From positions 1-64,000 of IMG/VR virus record IMGVR_UViG_3300002179_000002: a stretch of 64,000 nucleotides of DNA. One strand, written 5' to 3'. Below, piece by piece: positions 18,970 through 29,813 of this stretch (position 1 is its first letter; each line of letters starts with the position of its first letter). Both the position numbers and the translations under genes were made by a program. Below the pieces are notes generated by a model. That model was not told where the DNA came from. It saw only the letters and a list, made by a program, of their open reading frames with translations, and did no database searches. The stretch is from a virus. Taxonomy: Duplodnaviria > Caudoviricetes.

Positions 18970-19968
18970 ATGGACTTCCAACAGAAGATACGAGAAGAAC
19001 AAATAAGAGATAAAATTAATATCATCAAGGCTACACTGCCAGAAATTGAAAAAGGTGGAGAAGGCAGTAGAGGGGGTAAAATTATTGGTAGAACTAAGAG
19101 TGGTCAACCTATTTATGCCAAGTCTCATAATATGCCATATGAAACTTATAGTAAGGAAGACCATAAAGATGCTGCTGAAGCACATAGTTTTGAACATAGA
19201 TCTGCAGAAGACAAATTGGAGAATACTCACGACCCTGTAAAAAGAAAGCAATTACAAGAGAGTATTAAAATGCATAGAGAAAATGCAGAGGGTCATATCC
19301 GAAGAGGTGATTCTATTCAAAAATCAGCGTTTGATGAGTTCGAACCAGACATGGAGAACATAGAGAAGTCACTACATGTATTCGGTAAATATCTCGGTGA
19401 AGAAGAACTGGATAAGTTTGAGAAGTCAATCAACCATAAATATTTTAAGAGAGAGCCAGTAGCAGGTGGTGGATACAAGTACTACTACACTGAAGCTGAT
19501 TATAAGAAGGAGAAGGGCGTTGGCGAGAATAAATCAGATGAGAGTGATAAATTAGTTAATCTTGCAATAGCTTCTTTATTAAAAGAATACGGAAATCCAT
19601 TGTCAACAAAACATCGATCAGATGGTTCAGTTTTGAACTATAAGAAAAATAAATTTTTTGTTGACTTAGAGGGTAATATTAAAGCAGAAAAGAAAAGGAC
19701 GGGCGATAAGAAAGAAGAGAATGAACTTGAAAGCATTTTTCATAGATTAAATAAAGTTGAAGAGTCCAAGAATACAGAGAATAAGAGTGAAGAGAAATTT
19801 GATCATACATTTTTTGATGATTATTCTCTAACTGGTAAAGAAAGAGAAATCATTATGAGAGCTAAAGGAAAAGATAAAGATTTAAATGAATTACAAGATC
19901 TTCATGATAATTCTTCAAATATTGATCAAAAAGGAAGAGATTATATTAGAAAATTTATGCATAAATAA
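18970..19968 (+). CDS. Putative head cargo protein inserted in the neck operon
   Basis: IIK|A, IEK|GGEGSRGGKIIGRTKSGQPIY, IQK|S, IEK|S, FEK|SINHKY motifs. Confidence 0.65.
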   Translation: MDFQQKIREEQIRDKINIIKATLPEIEKGGEGSRGGKIIGRTKSGQPIYAKSHNMPYETYSKEDHKDAAEAHSFEHRSAEDKLENTHDPVKRKQLQESIKMHRENAEGHIRRGDSIQKSAFDEFEPDMENIEKSLHVFGKYLGEEELDKFEKSINHKYFKREPVAGGGYKYYYTEADYKKEKGVGENKSDESDKLVNLAIASLLKEYGNPLSTKHRSDGSVLNYKKNKFFVDLEGNIKAEKKRTGDKKEENELESIFHRLNKVEESKNTENKSEEKFDHTFFDDYSLTGKEREIIMRAKGKDKDLNELQDLHDNSSNIDQKGRDYIRKFMHK

Positions 19969-19984
19969 TTTATAAATATATCCA

Positions 19985-20746
19985 GTGCTCAACTTTTCAA
20001 TAGATTTATCCGATACGGTAAAGGAGTTCTCACTACAACCAAGTGAGACTTCTGATCTGTGTTCTTACATCCTTGATCGTGTTTGCGACGAATATTTTGC
20101 TAAGTGGACTGAATTAGTTAATACCCTTAATACTTCAAGAGATGAATACAAAAGGGGGATGTATTCAGAACGCCCTGACGATCATACTGCTATAATAGGA
20201 TTAACTGGAAGAGATAGTAAACTTGCTATGATGGTTGAATCTGGGGCATCAAGTTTCGACGAAAAGGATGGATTTTCTAATAGCAGTAAGAGAGTAATAA
20301 AGAGTGATGGTAAAGGTTGGTATCTAACTATACCATTCAGACACGGAACATCAGATGCTATAATGTCAGAGATGGTACCAGATTATAAGATATCGGTATT
20401 AGACTTAATGAAAGCAGGAGAGACACTTGGGCAAGCCGATTTACCAGTAGGATTTAATGAAGTCAATACAAATAGAATAGAACTGAATGGTGGATCACTT
20501 ATTACCTATAAACATAAATCTCCTATTTATGAAGGAATGCATCGTAGGGATATAAGTTCTACTGAAAAAGAAAAGAGGGGTGGATATTTCACATTCAGAA
20601 GGGTATCAGACAAATCTGATGATCAATCATGGTTCCACCCAGGAATAGAAGCACATAATTTTATGGATAAAGCATTAGCAGAAGCACAACTTGATCTAAC
20701 TGTAGATAATGCCGTTCAGGATTGGTTAGACGTTAAATTAGGATAA
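19985..20746 (+). CDS. Neck/tail-completion protein
   Basis: YLTIPFRHG, FRRVSDKSD..SW.HPG motifs; synteny; GTG start. Confidence 0.6.
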   Translation: MLNFSIDLSDTVKEFSLQPSETSDLCSYILDRVCDEYFAKWTELVNTLNTSRDEYKRGMYSERPDDHTAIIGLTGRDSKLAMMVESGASSFDEKDGFSNSSKRVIKSDGKGWYLTIPFRHGTSDAIMSEMVPDYKISVLDLMKAGETLGQADLPVGFNEVNTNRIELNGGSLITYKHKSPIYEGMHRRDISSTEKEKRGGYFTFRRVSDKSDDQSWFHPGIEAHNFMDKALAEAQLDLTVDNAVQDWLDVKLG

Positions 20747-20747
20747 G

Positions 20748-21689
20748 ATGGAAGTATCTATAGTTAAGTTAAAGAAAGTTGTAGGAGACCTATTAGAATG
20801 GGTAAGAGCAGATCTTATAGCACATACATCAACTCCTACTTTGAGTTGGTTGTATTTGGAATTTCATGGAGTAGAAATAGATGGTAGAAACTTCTATACC
20901 GATTTAAAGTCATTGATTGAAAAAGATGATACAGATAGAAGGAAGTTGGAAGTAAGGTTAATGTTTGATAAAGAAAGAGCTAACTTACCTACATTTCATA
21001 TTCACTATCCTTCAGAAGATGGACAGTCAGGTGACAATACAGTAGGAACAGGCTACCAAACTGGAGAAGATGAAAATGGTAATACAGTAAATCAATTCTC
21101 AAGATCATTCATAGGTCAATATGAGCTTATAATCACTGCAGGTAACTCGCTTGAAGTAGTTATGTTATATGAGTTCATAGATGCACTGTTAATAGCAGGA
21201 GCAGACACATTGACATATTACTTTGATATATTCAAGTTCTCAGGTAAGCAGTTAATGGCTAACCAAGAACTCATACCACTACCTATATTCTTCAGAGCAA
21301 TAGGGATATCACTACAGTGTAAGAAAATAGTTAGATCACTTATACAACCAACAGTAGCTACTGATATAGACTTCATTCCAGAGTTTTATGGAGATGATCA
21401 AGAACCTGCATTGTTAGAAGTATCAGTTTCAATAGCAGTTAATAATTTAACACCTCATATTGGCAATACAGTTGTATTCACAGCAACGCCTATTAATAGT
21501 GGAGAAAGTCCAGTTTACAATTGGTATAAGGGCATAAATGTTATATCTGGGCAAACAGGTGGTACTCTATCATATCATTTTTCAACAGTAGAGACTATTG
21601 AAGTACATTGTCAAGTGACGAGTTCATTAGAATATTTAGCAGATAGAGAGGATGTTTCGAATACAATAACTTTAACATCATTGACGTAA
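20748..21689 (+). CDS. Tail terminator-like protein with C-terminal Ig-like domain
   Basis: Position before the sheath; C-terminal VVFTATP..G..PVYNW...CQVTSS. Confidence 0.55.
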   Translation: MEVSIVKLKKVVGDLLEWVRADLIAHTSTPTLSWLYLEFHGVEIDGRNFYTDLKSLIEKDDTDRRKLEVRLMFDKERANLPTFHIHYPSEDGQSGDNTVGTGYQTGEDENGNTVNQFSRSFIGQYELIITAGNSLEVVMLYEFIDALLIAGADTLTYYFDIFKFSGKQLMANQELIPLPIFFRAIGISLQCKKIVRSLIQPTVATDIDFIPEFYGDDQEPALLEVSVSIAVNNLTPHIGNTVVFTATPINSGESPVYNWYKGINVISGQTGGTLSYHFSTVETIEVHCQVTSSLEYLADREDVSNTITLTSLT

Positions 21690-21895
21690 TGAAACTATTA
21701 GAACTAAAGAATTGTTATAAGCACAGATTGCTCGCTACTGAAAAAAGTATTGAAGTCTATCATAAACGATTTGAAAGTGAAGAGTTTATTAATATTGAAT
21801 TGTTACATAAGAAATTGTTATTAGAACATCAGGCAACACATCTGCGCAAATTTATTCAAGATCTAAATTTAATAAATGATGAAGAAGAAGATTAA
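21689..21895 (+). CDS. Hypothetical protein
   Basis: ORF track; TAATG coupling. Confidence 0.5.
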   Translation: MKLLELKNCYKHRLLATEKSIEVYHKRFESEEFINIELLHKKLLLEHQATHLRKFIQDLNLINDEEED

Positions 21896-22055
21896 AATAG
21901 AAGAAGATTCTACAGAAACATTAAATGTATTTCAAGCCTGCAATCATTTTCAGTTAAATGGAAGGAATAGAAGGGTGGCAGAAAAGAAGTATCAAAATTC
22001 AGTAATGATTGAGTCAGATTGGGAACAGATATTGACTGCAGATAAATTATTATAA
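21876..22055 (+). CDS. Small hypothetical protein (59 aa) before the sheath
   Basis: Hand-translated MMKKKIKIEEDSTETLNVFQAC...DWEQIL; fills the gap. Confidence 0.5.
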   Translation: MMKKKIKIEEDSTETLNVFQACNHFQLNGRNRRVAEKKYQNSVMIESDWEQILTADKLL

Positions 22056-22131
22056 GAATTTTTGTTTTACAAAATTTTTATTTAATTTTATAAACAATAT
22101 TATTTCGTTGAATAGATATACACTCACATAG

Positions 22132-24060
22132 ATGTCAACAAAAGTTCGCTTCGGCAATAAAATAGTTCAACTTCCAGGCACCTACTCTAGAATAGTAGCA
22201 GGACAGAATAATCCTCCTAGAGATTTAGATTATGGTAAGTTATTGATTATAGATAATCAAAACCTTAATGCGTCTCTTGCAAATAATGGCATGTTAGGCG
22301 GTGCTGGTATTGCTGGTACGCTTGTTTCAGGTAAGAATGCAGTTTACTCAGTAAAAGATATTCAAGCATTTAGAGACTTTGTTGGTGCTGGTTGGTGGTA
22401 TAAAGCCGCTGAAGGATTGTTTAATCCCGATGGCAACAATAATGGTGTATCCGAAATATTCATAGTTAAACCCGCCACTACAACCCCTGCTTTATTATCA
22501 TTCATTCCTACTGGAGGTGGAGCGGCTGGTGGTACATTCAAAGTCAAAACAAAAGATGAAGGTACAGCAGCTAACGGTAATCCTGATGAGACAAGAGCAA
22601 CTTCTACAGTGACAGTAACTGCTGCTGGATCAACTGCTGATAAAATCACAATTAAAGTATCTGGAGTAACAGTAGCTGAATATACCAATGCTTCAAGTGA
22701 TAGCATAGCAACTATGGTTGCAGGACTTGCTGCTAATATGACGTTATTGGGAATATGTTTAGTAGTATCTTCTACTTCTCCTGCATTAGCATTCAAAGCA
22801 CCTGTTGGATATGGAGCAACAACAGTAACTCCTACAGTAACAGTAACAGGCGGTGCAACAGGTTCTGCAGTAGCATTTGCAGGTGGAGTAACAGCAACTA
22901 ACCTTTTATCAGGTTATGCTTATAAGATTGAGACAGGTGTAGTTGATACAGCAAAATGGATTTTCAAGATTTGGAGAGGTAATTATAAAGGTTTATATTC
23001 AGACAATATTCCTTATGATGAAATCACTTCAGCTAATTCAAGACCTACATTAGTAGCACAGTCACCAGAGTTCAATAATGTTCAGACATTGATTGATTGG
23101 GCTTTGACTGACAGTACATTTGGTAAATTATTTGTATTGGATGCCACTTCTGCTAAGACAGGTGCAGGAACAGTTACTTCAGCTGACATAACAGCTAACA
23201 CTGGTTATAGGGTTGCTTCTACAGGTACTGCAACTTATGATTCTATTGATGATGCATTAGACGCAATTAAAGACTTAAATTATAGTGCAATATTAACTAC
23301 TTGTTCAACAGCTAACCCTTCAACTGATACTACTATTCTTAAGATAGTTGATCATATTGAAAACGAAGCTAAGTTCGACAAACATCTCTATATAGCAGGT
23401 GATGATAATGATGTTGATACTTCTGTTGGTTATGCTGAAACATTTGACTCAGAGAAAGTCATATTGGTTCATGGTGCTATTCAAAAAGTAAGCAGATTAG
23501 CTGCTAGTGGCTTTAGAGTTTGGGAACAGTTCTTTCATACAGCCTATAATGTAGGTAGGGTATTAGGATTAGCTCCACAAGTACCTTTGACATTCAAATC
23601 ACTTGATATTGATGGTTTAGTATCTCCACTGAATGTTAAAGACCAAGAGAAAGCTGATGCAGCAGGTGTATTGGTAACAGTATTTGATGAGGACTTTGGT
23701 AAGTTCATCAACCTACACGATGTAAACACATTACAGGATAGTGATTTTGTATTAACAAATGCAGGTACTTCACACCTTATTCAGATAGAACGTATCAAAG
23801 CTCAGTTGAACAAGGAACTTATCATCAATGCTAAACTTGACCTGATGTCTGATCCTAACGGTGTCAATCGTTCTTCATTAACCGAAGAGGATGCTATTGA
23901 ATGGACTAAAGGCTATTTAGGTCGTAAAATGGGAACCCTGATTGTAGCTTGGAGAAATGTTACTGCAACTACTTCTGGTGACTTCCTATTTGTAACTTAT
24001 GAGGCATCTCCTAATACTGAGATTAAAGGTGTTTTCTTCACTGGTGGACTTTACATATAA
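22132..24060 (+). CDS. Contractile tail sheath protein
   Basis: LPGTYSRI N-terminus, QVPLTFKSL, DVNTLQ; 642 aa; followed by the tube gene. Confidence 0.88.
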   Translation: MSTKVRFGNKIVQLPGTYSRIVAGQNNPPRDLDYGKLLIIDNQNLNASLANNGMLGGAGIAGTLVSGKNAVYSVKDIQAFRDFVGAGWWYKAAEGLFNPDGNNNGVSEIFIVKPATTTPALLSFIPTGGGAAGGTFKVKTKDEGTAANGNPDETRATSTVTVTAAGSTADKITIKVSGVTVAEYTNASSDSIATMVAGLAANMTLLGICLVVSSTSPALAFKAPVGYGATTVTPTVTVTGGATGSAVAFAGGVTATNLLSGYAYKIETGVVDTAKWIFKIWRGNYKGLYSDNIPYDEITSANSRPTLVAQSPEFNNVQTLIDWALTDSTFGKLFVLDATSAKTGAGTVTSADITANTGYRVASTGTATYDSIDDALDAIKDLNYSAILTTCSTANPSTDTTILKIVDHIENEAKFDKHLYIAGDDNDVDTSVGYAETFDSEKVILVHGAIQKVSRLAASGFRVWEQFFHTAYNVGRVLGLAPQVPLTFKSLDIDGLVSPLNVKDQEKADAAGVLVTVFDEDFGKFINLHDVNTLQDSDFVLTNAGTSHLIQIERIKAQLNKELIINAKLDLMSDPNGVNRSSLTEEDAIEWTKGYLGRKMGTLIVAWRNVTATTSGDFLFVTYEASPNTEIKGVFFTGGLYI

Positions 24061-24094
24061 TCGTTTATAAAAAGACTTCAAATAACACAAAGAT

Positions 24095-24574
24095 ATGCCT
24101 GACGAAAAAACAATGACCGCAGCTAAAGCAATTATCAAAGTAAATGGTAAGGCTGTTGGCTTAATGAGTAACCTCAGAATAACAGAGAACAACCAATTGG
24201 GCTCAGTAATGGGACTAGGTAGATTAACTAAGGTTGAAGTACCTATTTTATCTATTACTTGCACATGGGCTTGTGACTTCTATATGATTGACCTTGTCAA
24301 GTCAGGTATTCCTGGTTTGGACAATAAAGCTGTACAATCACTTGATCAATATGTAGACAGCAAAGTACTTATCCCAAATGTGGTTGATATCGTTGTCTAT
24401 AAGAAGGATGTCAAGACCATCACCAATGGTGTAGTAACTGCAACTAAAGGTAATGTATTGGCAGTTATCAGAGATGTATATCTTAATTCAACAGGTTGGA
24501 GTATCCAAGAAAATTCTATAACCATGATGCAACAGTCAGGGGAATATCTTACTCCAATATTTCAAGCAATTTAA
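24095..24574 (+). CDS. Tail tube protein
   Basis: 159 aa after the sheath; IKVNGKAVG...VMGLG...EYL.P pattern. Confidence 0.8.
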   Translation: MPDEKTMTAAKAIIKVNGKAVGLMSNLRITENNQLGSVMGLGRLTKVEVPILSITCTWACDFYMIDLVKSGIPGLDNKAVQSLDQYVDSKVLIPNVVDIVVYKKDVKTITNGVVTATKGNVLAVIRDVYLNSTGWSIQENSITMMQQSGEYLTPIFQAI

Positions 24575-24607
24575 CAATCAATAATTTATAAACCTAAACA
24601 AGTAAAA

Positions 24608-24967
24608 GTGGAAAGTTTTAATTTCGTCATCAAAGGAAAATCTTATTCAACAAAACCATTAGTAGTTGGTAACGTGATTGATCTTTGGAGACTCAGATCA
24701 GCTCTGTCAGGTGGAACATATGGTCACCTATATCGTATGGCATTAGATGGTGCAGACCAAGCACTGGTTGCTATTGATATTGAAGCATTCGTTTCTATTT
24801 TCAGTCCTCCACAGTTATTGAAAGATCTAAAGGTAGAAAGTATTAGAGATTTAGGTATTGAAGACTACATGGAATTGAATGAGATTTATATCGAACAGAT
24901 TAAACCTTGGCTGGATAAAGTTGAGGGCATGTTGAAGAAAAAAGAAGAGAAAACAGATAATGAATAA
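24608..24967 (+). CDS. Tail assembly chaperone
   Basis: Synteny between tube and tape measure. Confidence 0.6.
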   Translation: MESFNFVIKGKSYSTKPLVVGNVIDLWRLRSALSGGTYGHLYRMALDGADQALVAIDIEAFVSIFSPPQLLKDLKVESIRDLGIEDYMELNEIYIEQIKPWLDKVEGMLKKKEEKTDNE

Positions 24968-25338
24968 TGTGGAATCCATTTCGAAAGAAGCAAGTAAAAT
25001 CTGCTCCTATTATAATAAATGAGTTTGATGATGAATACATAAAAGACTTTGTATATAGATGGTCAGAAAATTTCCCGATAGACATTTGGTGGAGAACGAA
25101 GCATAAAGTTGCTTTTAATTCATCTGTTCATCGGGAAGTTTCGTTATTTGATATGAGGTTTGAGTATGAAGAAGATCAGTTATTTGATAGGCAAGACAAG
25201 AATTATAAACCAGACACTGGTGATTGGATAGACATTGGACCTTCTATTATGGAAGATGATACTTTGACTGAGGAACAAAAGATTAACAAATTCAAGAAGG
25301 AGTTTGAAAATTTAGATTTAGATAGATACGACGACTAA
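24967..25338 (+). CDS. Second tail assembly chaperone-like protein
   Basis: Synteny; TAATG coupling on both sides. Confidence 0.5.
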   Translation: MWNPFRKKQVKSAPIIINEFDDEYIKDFVYRWSENFPIDIWWRTKHKVAFNSSVHREVSLFDMRFEYEEDQLFDRQDKNYKPDTGDWIDIGPSIMEDDTLTEEQKINKFKKEFENLDLDRYDD

Positions 25339-27080
25339 TGGATTTAGATAAGAAAGTACGAATATCGGCAGATGCTAGTCAACTGGAAAGCACTTTTGAT
25401 AGAATCAAGAGAGATGCTACTGAGTTGGCTTCTGGTATGATGCAGGATGCTGAGAAGAGAGTTAGTTCATCAAGAGAACTTATCAAGTCATTAAATGACG
25501 AGATAAAGTTGATGGAGAGACGTAATTCTCTTGATGTAGTTGAACGTAAGTCTGGGGCACAAGATAGGCTTGATCGTAATCCACATGATGTTAATGCCAA
25601 AAGAGAGCTAAATAATATTAGTATTGAAGAAAAAGAAGCTAAGATACAAAATGAATTATTAAAGGATATACTTGAAGAGCTTAAAGGTGGCAAGGCTAAA
25701 GAACTTGATGAAAAGGAAAGAACAGAGAAAGAAACAATTGCTAATAAAAGACATGATCAAAAAGTACAAGATATTGATATAAGAGAGCAGGATAGAAGAG
25801 CTGGTAATTTTAAGAGTGGAGTACGTGGTTATGGGATGTCTATTATTGGGGCAAGAAATGGTGTTGATGCAGGTTTAAATATTGCAGGAGAGACAGGTGG
25901 AATGATGGCATCTGCCGAGGGTGCTGTTGGCGCAACAGGGGTAGCATTACTTATTGCTGCAGCTATTGGTAAACAAATAGTTTCTGCTGCTACTCCATAC
26001 CTACAGGGCAAAGGGGACATCTATGCAGTAACTGGACAAAGATTACCTACTAATATACCAAATTATAATCAATATGGATATAATGAGACACAATATTTAA
26101 ATACTGTACCAGGATTATCTAAAGCAAGAAGGTCATCAGTTGGAATATATAAGTCTGCTGAAGATCAGATGAAGTTTAAAAGAGGTATGGGTCTGGATGA
26201 AAGCACCTATTCTGATTTTGATAGAATGGCTTTGCTTGAAGGAACTACAGGGGCAAGTCAGTTACAACAAAGTATAGCAGGGTTACGAAGTGGTGGTGTT
26301 GTAAGAGGAGGAGATATGTCTTCAGCATCTGAATATTTAGGGATAATTGCAAACTTAGGTAAGGAACAAGTATCAAGGCTTGCTCGTATTGATCAAGGTA
26401 TGAATACTCGAGTTGTGGCTTCACTTGCGAGTATGAATGATTTTCTTCAAAGATCTCCAGAAGCATTATCTTCCTTAGTAAGTGGATTACAGAGTGGATT
26501 AACACATGCTTCTTCACCACAACAAGAATCTGTGACAATGGCAATATTATCTAAGATTCACCCTGAAATGAGTTTGTGGGATTTAAAGAAAGAAGAAGCA
26601 AGAGGGTTGACACCTGAGAGATTAAAAGGGGAAATGCAATGGGCAAAACAAGTTGGTGCTGGAAATAAGAATTCTGAGAGATGGAATCTTCAATCTAGAT
26701 TTCCTGCATTGTCTGGACAACAAATAGATGAACTCATAGATGGTTCTCCTAAACTGATTAAATCTTTACAAGACAAGAGCTTAATGACAGGTAAAGGTGT
26801 AGATGTAGATATTAGGGGGCAGGAAGCAACAGGTGGAATGACTTCTGCAGGTGCTAAGTTTGGTCAATTTTGGATAGATTTTGTTAAAGCAGGTGAGAAG
26901 GCAATGGCAGCAGCTCACAAAAATTATTTAGCGGATCCAAATCCAATAGGTGGAAAACAGAGACAATCTGAAGAGAGAGCTTTAGATAAAGCAGCTGACT
27001 CTATGAATAGGGTGGCAGATTCTTTGAACAATGCAATAGGTAAACCAGATTCTAAGATCATAAAAAAGAAAAATCAGTAA
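25338..27080 (+). CDS. Tape measure protein
   Basis: Helical, G/A-rich with a hydrophobic segment; follows the chaperones. Confidence 0.7.
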   Translation: MDLDKKVRISADASQLESTFDRIKRDATELASGMMQDAEKRVSSSRELIKSLNDEIKLMERRNSLDVVERKSGAQDRLDRNPHDVNAKRELNNISIEEKEAKIQNELLKDILEELKGGKAKELDEKERTEKETIANKRHDQKVQDIDIREQDRRAGNFKSGVRGYGMSIIGARNGVDAGLNIAGETGGMMASAEGAVGATGVALLIAAAIGKQIVSAATPYLQGKGDIYAVTGQRLPTNIPNYNQYGYNETQYLNTVPGLSKARRSSVGIYKSAEDQMKFKRGMGLDESTYSDFDRMALLEGTTGASQLQQSIAGLRSGGVVRGGDMSSASEYLGIIANLGKEQVSRLARIDQGMNTRVVASLASMNDFLQRSPEALSSLVSGLQSGLTHASSPQQESVTMAILSKIHPEMSLWDLKKEEARGLTPERLKGEMQWAKQVGAGNKNSERWNLQSRFPALSGQQIDELIDGSPKLIKSLQDKSLMTGKGVDVDIRGQEATGGMTSAGAKFGQFWIDFVKAGEKAMAAAHKNYLADPNPIGGKQRQSEERALDKAADSMNRVADSLNNAIGKPDSKIIKKKNQ

Positions 27081-29813
27081 ATGAAAATTACAAAGGGCAG
27101 TAGAGTTCCATATCTATATGATAGTTCGCAAAACTATGTTATAGGAGACTTCTATCACAATGGAGGTGAAACCCCTATTGGTACTTATGAACTTGATGAT
27201 AGGATAATGAGAGCTATTGTCGAGATATTTCATTTTTTTACATGCTCGAATAAAGTGATGATAATGTCTGCCTATAGATCTATTGAACACAATAAAGCAG
27301 TTGGTGGGTTAGATAAATCAGCTCATTTAAGGGGACAAGCAGTAGATTTTTATTTTCAGAAGAATAATAACTTTAGTAATACTGGTGCATTAGGTATTGT
27401 AAAAGATAATTTTGCAAAACAAGGAACACTATTCCGCATACTATTAAATTTAGGGATTGGGGAGATTGAATTTCATGAAACAACAATTCATATTGGTATA
27501 GTAAATCATGGGGGGTTAGTGTATGTAATAAATGAATATGCAAATACAAATCAAACTACAATTGCTAAAAAAGAACAGAAAGCTATAGCATTACTGCCAA
27601 TTTCAAAGGACTATAATGAGTATTATTATCAAGATTCAAGTTTAAACACTATAAATAAACTATTTAGTGATAGTAACTCTATCATCTCAAGAACCCAGAT
27701 TACACAGAAAGAGTTGCTTGAATACAAGAATAAAGATGGGGTTAGAAATTTAGATAGGATATGGGAATTATATACTGATACCCAGAAAAGTAAGTTTGCA
27801 GATGGATATAGCTTGTTAACGAATAATGATAAAAGAAAGTATAGGCCAACATATACTAATGTTGACTATGATATGCCAGTAGGAGCACTATTGTCTATTC
27901 CAAACAATAGGATAAATCTTGAAGTGTTTTTTGCTACAGGTAAAAATTTATTTATGGAGCAACAAGATTTAAAAGCCTTCATGGGAGATGAATTAAAGAC
28001 TCTTATTAATGATCCCACCTTTATTCAAACTCAGAAACTTACTATTGTCAATAACCAGTATTCAGTCAACTATCTTTATATTGCATTTAGCGTTTGGATA
28101 TATTTGAGAACTGAAGATAAGATATTGAATATCTCACCATTTGTTAAATCGGTAGATACTACTGTTGCAGATGGTGGTGGTACCTTCAACATATCATTAA
28201 ATGAAATTAACAGTTTAGAAGATATAAGAAAGTATTCAGAGACTTACTACTCTTATATTCAGAAGACAGAGAGTGGTAAATATAATTTGTCTTTCTTTGA
28301 GAAGAACGTCCAACAAAATGATATAGTGTGGATAAGATTTGAGAGACTGGATATTGAAGGTAAAGTAAATATAGATAGTTCTGTTGATTTGTTCGTAGAT
28401 AAGTCTTCTATTTCTAATACAGAAAAGTCAATTAAAGTGTATGATATGATAGGACTTGTAGATATAAGTTCAGAGGCATACTCTTCTTCCACAAATGAGC
28501 CTATATTTAATGTATCAGGTAGAGATTTTACAAAGTTGTTAATAGAAGATAGTAGTATATTTTTACCTTGGGCGTTAGTTAATGGTGCGCAAGATATGTT
28601 TTTAAATTTAGATGTACGCAATACAATATTTAAGAGAGTCAGTGCCGATAAGACTTATCAGACATTTTTTACTCAGGCATATAGGTCAATAAGGGATTCA
28701 ATTGGATTTATTTTTAATCAATTAACTAATGTTGGGGTTTTACCAAAAGGGAATAATTTATTCGACTCCTATAAGAATTCATACGATATTTTTAAGAAGA
28801 TAACAACAGATAGAACTAGTGAAGTATATGATATAAGTAATGTAAAGAAAGATGTCATTAATGAGTCTGAACAGAATGGAGTGTGGAAGATAATCAAAGC
28901 TATTGTTGATCATCAGATAGACGATAGAAGACTTAATAATGGAGAGTTGACAGCTCCTGAAGGTGCTATCATTGATTTAGTAATGAGAATGTGCCAAGAG
29001 CCATTTGTTGAATTTTGGGGTGATACCATTGGAGATCAATTTATATTTATGGCAAGACAACCTCCATTCACAAGAAAACAGATAGAAGACTATTTTCAAA
29101 GTAATAATTATATTACAGTAACAGCAGATAAAGTAACGGACTTTGATTTATCATGGGATGAGACTTACTATACTATGTATCAACTTGATATATTGAATGG
29201 ATTAGTTGGAGTTGGTGATTTGATAAGTGCTTCTAATATGCCATTAGTTTATTTTGAAGAATATGCTAACTTGTTTGGTATGCACAAAAAAGTGGTTCCA
29301 GATAGTTATCTGACCTCTTCTGTATTGAGTGGTAGTAATAAGAATGAAAACTTGAATGTGTTTAGAATATCTTATGCCAATGATATGAAGTTTCTTATTG
29401 AAACCAATGCAATATTACCATTCACTAGAAAAGGTAGAATAGTTATTAGTGGTGGAGATAGGAGAATAAAAAAGGGGATGTGGATACTTTTTGAACCAAC
29501 AAATGAGATATGTTATGTTAAATCAGTAACTAATTCAGTAAATGTGTCAGGAAATGATTTGAATAGAACTACAGTTTTGATAGTTGAAAGATGTATGCTT
29601 AAAGAATTTGTGCTTGGTGGTTCTGGAATAACAAATAAAACTAATGGCAAAGAGAACAATTACTTTGATATTGTGAATATAGATGTTATTTATGAGGGTT
29701 TGATAGTAGGGACAAAAGATACAGTCAAAGTAGATAATAAGACAGCTACAAATAAAAAGTTAATAAACACAGAGTTATTTGAATTCTTTTCAAAAAGACA
29801 ACAATGGAAGTAG
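27081..29813 (+). CDS. Baseplate hub/tail lysin with N-terminal peptidase M15 domain
   Basis: SAYRS..HN..VGG...SAHL.G.AVDF...IHIG; hub-like VSGRDFTKLL, EPFVEFWGD. Confidence 0.75.
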   Translation: MKITKGSRVPYLYDSSQNYVIGDFYHNGGETPIGTYELDDRIMRAIVEIFHFFTCSNKVMIMSAYRSIEHNKAVGGLDKSAHLRGQAVDFYFQKNNNFSNTGALGIVKDNFAKQGTLFRILLNLGIGEIEFHETTIHIGIVNHGGLVYVINEYANTNQTTIAKKEQKAIALLPISKDYNEYYYQDSSLNTINKLFSDSNSIISRTQITQKELLEYKNKDGVRNLDRIWELYTDTQKSKFADGYSLLTNNDKRKYRPTYTNVDYDMPVGALLSIPNNRINLEVFFATGKNLFMEQQDLKAFMGDELKTLINDPTFIQTQKLTIVNNQYSVNYLYIAFSVWIYLRTEDKILNISPFVKSVDTTVADGGGTFNISLNEINSLEDIRKYSETYYSYIQKTESGKYNLSFFEKNVQQNDIVWIRFERLDIEGKVNIDSSVDLFVDKSSISNTEKSIKVYDMIGLVDISSEAYSSSTNEPIFNVSGRDFTKLLIEDSSIFLPWALVNGAQDMFLNLDVRNTIFKRVSADKTYQTFFTQAYRSIRDSIGFIFNQLTNVGVLPKGNNLFDSYKNSYDIFKKITTDRTSEVYDISNVKKDVINESEQNGVWKIIKAIVDHQIDDRRLNNGELTAPEGAIIDLVMRMCQEPFVEFWGDTIGDQFIFMARQPPFTRKQIEDYFQSNNYITVTADKVTDFDLSWDETYYTMYQLDILNGLVGVGDLISASNMPLVYFEEYANLFGMHKKVVPDSYLTSSVLSGSNKNENLNVFRISYANDMKFLIETNAILPFTRKGRIVISGGDRRIKKGMWILFEPTNEICYVKSVTNSVNVSGNDLNRTTVLIVERCMLKEFVLGGSGITNKTNGKENNYFDIVNIDVIYEGLIVGTKDTVKVDNKTATNKKLINTELFEFFSKRQQWK

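Noticed and set aside
24935-24967. Programmed -1 frameshift joining the two tail chaperone ORFs at the A6 run
   Set aside because: The -1 frame hits TAA at 24958 and TGA at 24961 before the second ORF, and the heptamer is not a canonical slippery site.
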